Shown: positions 25,299 to 32,000 of the stretch, piece by piece
Layout of the letters: each line of letters starts with the position of its first letter
Numbering within the stretch: the stretch's first letter is position 1
Assembly: GCA_000331975.1 (NCBI GenBank)
Contig: CP003263.1
Span: 231,432-263,431, forward strand
Origin: Candidatus Uzinura diaspidicola str. ASNER
GTDB lineage: Bacteria; Bacteroidota; Bacteroidia; Flavobacteriales; Blattabacteriaceae
Direction of reading: 5' to 3'
DNA length: 32,000 nt
Position numbers and translations under genes: made by a program
The notes under the pieces: generated by a model
Told to the model about the DNA's origin: nothing
Seen by the model: the letters and a program-made list of their open reading frames with translations, nothing else
Databases searched by the model: none

Positions 25299-26984
25299 TT
25301 AAAAGTCATGAAATTGGGTATTTATTAAATTGGAATTTAATGTAATAAAAACCTTTTCTCCAGAAGGTGTATAATTAGGTTCTATGCAGAAATAGAAAAG
25401 TTCATAAATAATATGGTTCATCTCTTTTACAGTTAATAATAACCCATGCTTTATCGCTATAGAACTTGCTATAGAATACGCTAGTATCTCTTGATAACTT
25501 GAGATGTCTACTCTATCTTCAGTAATTTTCACCAAAAAGGTATTGAAAAAATCATTTACCTGATGTAAATTCATTTCTACAGGCGTAGCATTCACTATAA
25601 GTCTCCCTTCATAAAAACTTATAGAAAAACCCATAGCTACCAAATATTTTTTAATTGTTTTGATTAAATTAAGTTTAATTCTTGAAAAAAAGAGTGATAT
25701 AGGAAATTGTAGTTGTTGGCTAGTTGAATTTTTATTATGGAGAAAATATTCGTAAAATATTCTTTTATGAGCACGATGCTGATCTACTATAATCAGTTCT
25801 GAATGTAAAGTACTAATTATGTACTTCTTATAAAGCTGAAAACATAAATCAATATTATTGGTAGATTTAGATTGCTGGATCTGCTCATAAAGTTTTTTAG
25901 TAGAACCTCCTTCGTTCAGGTTAAATAATGGACTATAATTAGCATAAATTACTAGATTAGGGGAGGGGGAGGATGTTTTGATGGCAAAGGGAGCTAAAGC
26001 ACGTTTAATGGAATTGTATAGAATTATATATATAGAAGCTTCATTTTTAAAGCTAATTTCATTTTTTGTAGGATGTATATTTAGATCAATAAATTTTGGG
26101 TCTAAGAAAAAAAATAGAAAATAAGAAGGAGGATTTACGTATGTGAAAAATCCTTTAAATGCCTTAAATACAGTTTTAGATAAAAAAGAACTTTTAATAT
26201 ATCTATTATTCACAAATATAAACTGTTTTCTAAGAGATTTATTGGAATACGATGGGTTGATAAAATAACCTTTCAAGTTAATGGAATTAACCTGTTCATC
26301 AACAGAAATCATTTCTTTATTTATTTTTTTACCTAATACTTCTACAATTCGGTTTCTAAGTGAAGCAGGTGGAAAATCAAAATATTTTTTAAGCTTATTA
26401 TTTCTCTTATGAAATAAAATAAACCTAATATTTGGATGTGCTAATGTTAGTCTATTGAATTCGTCCATAATTTTTCTCAATTCTACCTGGTTGGAATTAA
26501 ATTGTTTTTTTCGTGCAGGAAGATTGTAAAAAATGTTTTTTATAGTAATTGTTGTCCCCTTTGAGATTTGAACAAATTCTTCTCCTTTTAATTTATTACC
26601 TTCAATAAATAATGAAATACCTATTTCATCTTCTTTTCGTCTAGTTTGCATTTCTACTTGACAAACAGAAGCGATAGAAGCTAATGCTTGTCCGCGAAAT
26701 CCCATTGTTCTTATTCTAAACAAATCATCCGTTGTTTTTATTTTAGAAGTTGCATAACGTAAAAAACTTTTTCTAGCATCTTTAATACTCATTCCCTTAC
26801 CATCATCTATTACCTTGATTAGTGATTTTCCAGCATCTTGTAATATAAGCTGAATAGATTTAGCCTCTGCATCAATAGAATTTTCTAAGAGCTCTTTAAC
26901 TATAGAAGCTGGTCTTTGTACTACTTCGCCATCGGATATTTGATTGGTTATATGATTAGGCAATATTCGTATCTTATCTGACAT
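25299..26984 (-). CDS. mutL: DNA mismatch repair protein MutL (C-terminal endonuclease motifs substituted)
   Basis: 561 aa with a GHKL ATPase N-terminus (VKELLENSIDA, DDGKGM, GFRGQALASI, GTTITIKNIFYNLPARKK). The C-terminal domain has DQHRAHKRIFYE and YTPSGEK in place of DQHAxxExxxxE and CPHGRP. Confidence 0.9.
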   Translation of the reverse strand: MSDKIRILPNHITNQISDGEVVQRPASIVKELLENSIDAEAKSIQLILQDAGKSLIKVIDDGKGMSIKDARKSFLRYATSKIKTTDDLFRIRTMGFRGQALASIASVCQVEMQTRRKEDEIGISLFIEGNKLKGEEFVQISKGTTITIKNIFYNLPARKKQFNSNQVELRKIMDEFNRLTLAHPNIRFILFHKRNNKLKKYFDFPPASLRNRIVEVLGKKINKEMISVDEQVNSINLKGYFINPSYSNKSLRKQFIFVNNRYIKSSFLSKTVFKAFKGFFTYVNPPSYFLFFFLDPKFIDLNIHPTKNEISFKNEASIYIILYNSIKRALAPFAIKTSSPSPNLVIYANYSPLFNLNEGGSTKKLYEQIQQSKSTNNIDLCFQLYKKYIISTLHSELIIVDQHRAHKRIFYEYFLHNKNSTSQQLQFPISLFFSRIKLNLIKTIKKYLVAMGFSISFYEGRLIVNATPVEMNLHQVNDFFNTFLVKITEDRVDISSYQEILAYSIASSIAIKHGLLLTVKEMNHIIYELFYFCIEPNYTPSGEKVFITLNSNLINTQFHDF

Positions 26985-27076
26985 AGATTTTTAATAAGTT
27001 ACAAAGAAAGTTATTCTATTAAATAGACTTATATTATACTCTTTAATTCTTATTATATTCAGGTAGCTAATTTCTT

Positions 27077-27442
27077 GGGGCTGTCATTGCATTTGACAGC
27101 AAGAGAATATGAGTAAGTAAGCATATACGTGCTACGTAAGGCAAACACGAAAATCTTGCGTTACAAAATATAAACGGCAATGAAAACTATGCTCTTGCTG
27201 CTTAAGATAGCAAGATATCCTCAGAACTTATGCCTTTAGATTGTTCTGAACAAAGGGATACGTAAAAGTAAGGCAAGGAAAATGAATACGTCTCTATTAT
27301 TTTCCATAATTAAATGAGGCTAAGCAATTCAGAGAATTCTCTACCTTCTCTGAACTGCCTAAAAATTAAGGAAGAGATAAGTATGTAGAAAGCTTACAAA
27401 GCTCTTGTATGGACGCGAGTTAAATTCTCGCCAGCTCCACCA
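27077..27442 (+). ncRNA. ssrA: tmRNA (SsrA)
   Basis: The 5' GGGGCTG pairs with CAGCTCC near the 3' end. The tRNA-like 3' end reads GGACGCGAGTTAAATTCTCGCCAGCTCCACCA. The internal tag frame at 27176-27205 is GGC AAT GAA AAC TAT GCT CTT GCT GCT TAA, encoding GNENYALAA*. Confidence 0.9.
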
Positions 27443-27459
27443 ATCATATTATCGTATTG

Positions 27460-27531
27460 TAGACCCGGAAGGGATCGAACCTTATCTCTCAGGATCAAAA
27501 CCTGATGTGCTAACCATTACACCACGAGTCT
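27460..27531 (-). tRNA. tRNA-Gln (anticodon UUG)
   Basis: The reverse complement is AGACTCGTGGTGTAATGGTTAGCACATCAGGTTTTGATCCTGAGAGATAAGGTTCGATCCCTTCCGGGTCTA. Anticodon stem TCAGG/CCTGA with loop TTTTGAT. There is a U49-C65 mismatch in the T stem. CCA is not encoded. Confidence 0.85.
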
Positions 27532-27624
27532 TAATTAGTATGTGATGAAGCCAGAAAATGGCTCTTCTGATAAAGATAAAAAATTTATTAATTTTACAAA
27601 CTGTTTAAAAAAACTCATATACTA

Positions 27625-27999
27625 ATGCCTATTAAAATTCGTCTTCAAAGACTCGGAAGAAAGGGAATGCCTTTCTATCATATAGTAGTAGCGGATTCAC
27701 GTTCTCCGCGAGATGGAAAATACATTGAAACCCTTGGAGCTTATAACCCTTTAACTAAACTAATAAAAATGTACGTAGATAGTGCTGTTTTTTGGTTAGA
27801 AAAAGGGGCACAACCTACTGATACAGTTCGTTCTTTATTATCTAAAATAGGTGCTCTTTACAAGAAACATCTATTTATAGGTGTGCGTAAAGGTGCTTTT
27901 GATAAAAAAGAAGCAGAAAATCGCTTTTCAAAATGGATTGAAAAAAATAATAACGTTTACGTTAATAAAAATTTATTGGTTTTTATTAAAGACAAATAA
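27625..27999 (+). CDS. rpsP: 30S ribosomal protein S16
   Basis: MPIKIRLQRLGRKGMPFYHIVVADSRSPRDGKYIETLGAYNPL is canonical S16, followed by a C-terminal extension. Confidence 0.93.
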   Translation: MPIKIRLQRLGRKGMPFYHIVVADSRSPRDGKYIETLGAYNPLTKLIKMYVDSAVFWLEKGAQPTDTVRSLLSKIGALYKKHLFIGVRKGAFDKKEAENRFSKWIEKNNNVYVNKNLLVFIKDK

Positions 28000-28004
28000 T
28001 CATA

Positions 28005-29939
28005 TTATGCGTCAATCTTAGCGTATATTGCGTTATTTTCAATAAATTGTCGTCTAGGAGAAACATCATCTCCCATTAGCATAGAAAAAATACGGTCTGC
28101 TTCTGTTGCATTTTCTATAGTTACTATCCTAAGTAGACGTTTTTGTGGGTTCATTGTAGTTTCCCACAATTGTTCAGCATTCATCTCTCCTAAACCTTTA
28201 TATCTCTGTACATTTAGCCCTTTGTTTCCACCTAATTGATGAATGATATTTTCCCTTTGTCTGTCATTCCATGCATAAGAACTTTTATTTCCTTTCTTAA
28301 TTAAAAATACTGGAGGTGTTGCAATAAATATATAACCTTCTTCTATAAGAATTTTCATATATCTAAAAAATAAAGTTAGTATAAGAGTAGAAATATGGCT
28401 ACCATCTATATCAGCATCAGTCATTATAATTATCTTATTGTAACGCAACTTTTCTATATTCAGTGCTTTTCTATCTTCTGAATCACCTACTTGGACGCCT
28501 AAAGCAGTATAGATATTCCTAATCTCTTCATTTTCATAAACCTTATATTGCATAGCTTTTTCTACATTCAATATTTTACCACGTAAGGGTAAAATAGCTT
28601 GAAATTCTCTATCGCGCCCTTGTTTTGCTGTCCCCGCCGCAGAATCTCCTTCTACTAGATATAGTTCACAAGCACTTGGCTCATTAGAAGAGCAATCAGC
28701 CAATTTTCCAGGTAAACTTCCTATACTAATTGTAGTTTTTCTTTGGATTAATTCTCGTGCCTTTTTAGCTGCTTGACGTGCTTTAGCTGCAATAAGTACT
28801 TTTTCAATAATTGTTCTCGCATCACTAGGATTCTCCTCTAAATAATCAAGTAGCATTTCACCTACAACTCTATCTACGACTCCACTTACTTCAGCATTAC
28901 CTAATTTTGTTTTAGTCTGCCCTTCGAATTGCGGATTCATTACTTTTATTGAAATAATAGCTGTCAGGCCCTCTCTAAAATCATCTCCTGTAATATACAC
29001 CTTATCTTTTTCTAAGAAGAAAGATTCATCTGTATACTTTTTTAAAGTACGAGTAAGACCCCTACGAAATCCAGCAATATGTGTACCTCCTTCTATAGTG
29101 TTAATATTATTAACATATGAATGTATATTTTCATTATACGAAGTATTGTATCTCAGAGCTACTTCTACTGGAATATTTTCTCTTTCACCTTCCATATATA
29201 TAACAGATGGTATTAATGGGTCTCTACTTTCTTCTATAAACAATATGAATCCTTTAATACCATCTTCTGAATAAAACACTATCCTCTTAGGATTCCTATT
29301 TTCATAGGCCCTCTCATCACTAAAAAAAATAGTAAGTCCTCTATTAAGATAAGAAAGTTCCCTAAATCTTGCTACTAAGGTATTATAGTTATATTGTATA
29401 TGACTAAAAATAGTTTCATCAAAATGAAAATTTATCTCTGTACCTCGAAGCTTGGTTTTTCCGATAACTTGTACAGGAGAAAAAGCTCTTCCTCTTACAT
29501 ACTCTTGATAGAAAATCTTTTCATTACGATAAATTTTTGCTTTCAATAGGCTAGATAGAGCATTTACACAAGATATTCCAACACCATGCAATCCTCCTGA
29601 TACTTTATAAGAAGATTTATCAAATTTTCCTCCAGCTCCTATTTTAGTAAGTACTACTTCAAGTGCTGATTTTCCTTCTTTTTGATGAATATCTATAGGA
29701 ATTCCTCTTCCATTATCGCGTATAGTTATAGAATTGTCTTTATATATAGTCACCCAGATTTTATCGCAATAACCGGCCAAGGCCTCGTCGATAGAGTTAT
29801 CTATTATCTCATTTACTAGATGATGTAATCCTCTCTTACCTATATCTCCTACGTACATAGAAGGTCTTAATCGTACGTGTTCTATGCCTTCTAAAGATTG
29901 AATCTTTTCTGCATTATAGTTATTCATCATATAAAACAA
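28005..29939 (-). CDS. gyrB: DNA gyrase subunit B
   Basis: 644 aa with GLHHLVNEIIDNSIDEA, DNGRGIP, LHGVG, EGDSAAGTAKQGRDR, PLRGKILNVE and IMTDADIDGSHI. Confidence 0.96.
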   Translation of the reverse strand: MFYMMNNYNAEKIQSLEGIEHVRLRPSMYVGDIGKRGLHHLVNEIIDNSIDEALAGYCDKIWVTIYKDNSITIRDNGRGIPIDIHQKEGKSALEVVLTKIGAGGKFDKSSYKVSGGLHGVGISCVNALSSLLKAKIYRNEKIFYQEYVRGRAFSPVQVIGKTKLRGTEINFHFDETIFSHIQYNYNTLVARFRELSYLNRGLTIFFSDERAYENRNPKRIVFYSEDGIKGFILFIEESRDPLIPSVIYMEGERENIPVEVALRYNTSYNENIHSYVNNINTIEGGTHIAGFRRGLTRTLKKYTDESFFLEKDKVYITGDDFREGLTAIISIKVMNPQFEGQTKTKLGNAEVSGVVDRVVGEMLLDYLEENPSDARTIIEKVLIAAKARQAAKKARELIQRKTTISIGSLPGKLADCSSNEPSACELYLVEGDSAAGTAKQGRDREFQAILPLRGKILNVEKAMQYKVYENEEIRNIYTALGVQVGDSEDRKALNIEKLRYNKIIIMTDADIDGSHISTLILTLFFRYMKILIEEGYIFIATPPVFLIKKGNKSSYAWNDRQRENIIHQLGGNKGLNVQRYKGLGEMNAEQLWETTMNPQKRLLRIVTIENATEADRIFSMLMGDDVSPRRQFIENNAIYAKIDA

Positions 29940-29956
29940 AGTTAAAAATAAATATC

Positions 29957-30589
29957 TTATTTAGTACTTATTGGACATGAATAAAAAAGAATCTTTTTAT
30001 ATTTAAAGAACTCTTCTTTAAAAGAAGATTTTATCCAGTACTCTTTGTATTGAGGAAAATTCTTTTTTTCACTACTTAAATAGCCTCCTTTTAAAGCTAG
30101 AATTCCATTTTGAAGGCAATATCGAGAAGTAGCTAATATTTTCCCATTAGAAAAAGATATAAGATTAGGAAGGGATGCAACAGCACGTGTAATGATAAAA
30201 TCAAAGCTGGATGAGATATTTTCTACTCTAGTACATTCTACCGTCAAGTTATTGAGTTCCAAAGTATTAGCTATTTCTTTTACTGCTACTATTTTCTTAG
30301 TAATGGAATCTATCAGAAAAAAATTACTTTCAGGAAACATAATGGCTAGAGGGATTCCAGGAAATCCACCTCCTGTTCCAGCATCCAATATTAGAGCACC
30401 TTGTAAAAAATTTACTATTTTAGCTATACAGAGTGAGTGCAAAACATGATACTCATAAAACCAATGGATAGTTTTATGCGAGATAAGATTTATACGTGTA
30501 TTACATTGCTTATATAATAATTTCATTTGATAAAATTGTTTCAACTGATTGAAAGTAAGTAAAGGAAAATACCTTTTTATCATCTTCAT
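29957..30589 (-). CDS. rsmG: 16S rRNA (guanine527-N7)-methyltransferase RsmG (GidB)
   Basis: 210 aa with the SAM-binding motif LDAGTGGGFPGIPLAI and GidB-like spacing. Confidence 0.85.
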   Translation of the reverse strand: MKMIKRYFPLLTFNQLKQFYQMKLLYKQCNTRINLISHKTIHWFYEYHVLHSLCIAKIVNFLQGALILDAGTGGGFPGIPLAIMFPESNFFLIDSITKKIVAVKEIANTLELNNLTVECTRVENISSSFDFIITRAVASLPNLISFSNGKILATSRYCLQNGILALKGGYLSSEKKNFPQYKEYWIKSSFKEEFFKYKKILFYSCPISTK

Positions 30590-30598
30590 TAGTTTTAC

Positions 30599-30606
30599 TA
30601 AATTTG
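30599..30606 (+). promoter_or_regulatory. candidate -7 promoter box (TAAATTTG) for the aminotransferase gene
   Basis: It matches TAnnTTTG and ends 5 nt before the ATG at 30612, implying a near-leaderless mRNA. This supports the internal start rather than the ORF start at 30549. Confidence 0.3.
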
Positions 30607-30611
30607 CATTT

Positions 30612-31796
30612 ATGCAAAGTATTTCTCGTCGTTTACAAAAGATTAATTATTCGCAAACATTAGCTATGTCCGCTAAGACTAGAGCTTTGAAAGCGAAAGG
30701 CCTTGATGTCATTAGTTTGAATATAGGAGAGCCAGACTTTTCTCCTCCTTCTTATATTTTAGAGGCAGCTAAAAAGGCTGTTGATCAAGGCCATCATTAC
30801 TATACTCCTGTATCCGGTTCTCTAGAATTACGTGAGGCAGTTTGTGAAAAATTTTTAAGAGACAATTTGTTGCATTATAACCCTTCTCAAATAGTAGTTT
30901 CCGCAGGATCTAAACAGTCAATTAGCAACTTATTCCTATCTTTATTAAATCCAGGAGATAAAGTTATTATACCTTCGCCATTTTGGGTAAGTTATTATGA
31001 AATGGTAAATTTGTGTGAGGCATTGCCAGTAATAATTCATACTTCTATTTCTACTGATTTTAAAATTACTCCAGAACAGCTTGAAGAAGCTATCACACCA
31101 GATGTAAAGATTTTTATTTTTAGTTCTCCTTGTAATCCTACAGGGAGTGTATACAGCTCTGAAGAGCTTAAGTGTCTAACTAAGGTATTTGTAAAACATC
31201 CTGATGTAATTATCATTTCTGATGAAATATATGAGTATATTAATTATTCAGAGAAATATACAAGTATTGGTTCGTTTCCTGATGTATATGAACAAACTGT
31301 CACTCTTAATGGAATTTCTAAAACTTTTGCTATGACTGGATGGAGAATAGGTTTTATAGGAGCTCCTTTATGGATAGCTAAGACTTGTGAAAAAGTGCAA
31401 GGACAAACTTCTTCTGGAACTAACTCTATAGCACAACAAGCGGCGATTATAGCACTTAAATCGCATCCTAATAGAATAGCTTACATGATTGAAGCGTTTA
31501 GAAAACGTCGTGACCTTGTTTTAGATATGATGAAAGAAATTCCGGGCTTTAAAAGCAATGAACCGGTTGGTTCATTCTATATATTTCCAAATATAGCAGA
31601 AATTTTTGGTAATACTTTTTTAGGCGTTAAAATTTCTAATGCTTATGATTTAAGTATGTTTTTACTGGAGAAAGCACAAGTAGCTACTGTCGCTGGTAGT
31701 TCTTTTGGGGCAGAATCAAATTTAAGAATCTCCTATGCTTCATCTGAAGAAACATTAAAAGAAGCTTTTAAAAGAATAAAAAGAATGTTATTGTAA
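30612..31796 (+). CDS. aspartate/aromatic class I pyridoxal-phosphate aminotransferase
   Basis: NIGEPDF, SPCNPTGSVY and the PLP-lysine box SKTFAMTGWRIG. I use the start at MQSISRRL (30612), which removes the overlap with rsmG. Confidence 0.9.
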   Translation: MQSISRRLQKINYSQTLAMSAKTRALKAKGLDVISLNIGEPDFSPPSYILEAAKKAVDQGHHYYTPVSGSLELREAVCEKFLRDNLLHYNPSQIVVSAGSKQSISNLFLSLLNPGDKVIIPSPFWVSYYEMVNLCEALPVIIHTSISTDFKITPEQLEEAITPDVKIFIFSSPCNPTGSVYSSEELKCLTKVFVKHPDVIIISDEIYEYINYSEKYTSIGSFPDVYEQTVTLNGISKTFAMTGWRIGFIGAPLWIAKTCEKVQGQTSSGTNSIAQQAAIIALKSHPNRIAYMIEAFRKRRDLVLDMMKEIPGFKSNEPVGSFYIFPNIAEIFGNTFLGVKISNAYDLSMFLLEKAQVATVAGSSFGAESNLRISYASSEETLKEAFKRIKRMLL

Positions 31797-31797
31797 G

Positions 31798-31872
31798 GAT
31801 GGACGACGGGGTTCGAACCCGCGACCTTCAATTCCACAAACTGATGCTCAAACCAACTAAGCTAAGTCCATC
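31798..31872 (-). tRNA. tRNA-His (anticodon GUG) with encoded G-1
   Basis: The reverse complement is G-ATGGACTTAGCTTAGTTGGTTTGAGCATCAGTTTGTGGAATTGAAGGTCGCGGGTTCGAACCCCGTCGTCCATC. Anticodon loop TTGTGGA; an extra 5' G pairs with C73, as in bacterial tRNA-His. One nucleotide separates its 3' end from the aminotransferase stop. Confidence 0.88.
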
Positions 31873-32000
31873 GACTTAATGTTAAGATATTAAGTTTTAT
31901 CTTCTTTATGAAAAAAGTACTATAAATTAATAGTGGTATTATAATACCAAATCTTCATATATAACACGTATACTTTTAGTACATTTGTTTTAACCAAACT

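Noticed and set aside
30549-30611. 21-codon N-terminal extension of the aminotransferase ORF overlapping rsmG
   Set aside because: It is hydrophobic and non-homologous and overlaps the divergent rsmG start. A TAnnTTTG box lies within it, just before the ATG at 30612.
1-32000. UGA reassignment, as in some tiny symbiont genomes
   Set aside because: RF2 is present and intact, all conserved genes are full length under the standard code with TGG for Trp, and TGA terminates rpsT.

Overview
AT-rich (roughly 70% A+T by eye), gene-dense window that reads like the chromosome of a reduced-genome Bacteroidota (Flavobacteriales-type) obligate endosymbiont. That assignment is an inference from a DUF2795 protein, TAnnTTTG -7 promoter boxes, a tmRNA tag ending NYALAA and the rpsF-rpsR-rplI order. 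Nearly everything is core housekeeping. There are seven aminoacyl-tRNA synthetases (glnS, alaS, trpS, cysS, proS, glyQS, pheS) and five ribosomal protein genes (rpsT, rpsF, rpsR, rplI, rpsP). The rest are prfB, rbfA, greA, gyrB, mutL, rsmG, an rlmB-like methyltransferase, sucAB, aroA, a PfkB-family sugar kinase and an aspartate aminotransferase. RNA genes are tmRNA and four tRNAs (Met-CAU, Glu-UUC, Gln-UUG, His-GUG). I found no defence island, mobile element, CRISPR array or obvious novel multi-gene system, and the standard genetic code fits. The unusual parts are signs of genome decay and small-scale structure. (1) A shattered PBP1A-like pseudogene (about 1421-2986) carries three unrelated, perfectly homogeneous tandem arrays with 10, 10 and 11 bp units. 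(2) A perfect 30-bp inverted repeat places an internal proS coding segment over the greA start codon. (3) rpsT has no stop codon until 43 nt inside the co-oriented tRNA-Glu. (4) The C-terminal endonuclease motifs of mutL are substituted. (5) prfB lacks the programmed +1 frameshift. (6) Two over-long spacers contain only hydrophobic ORF debris.
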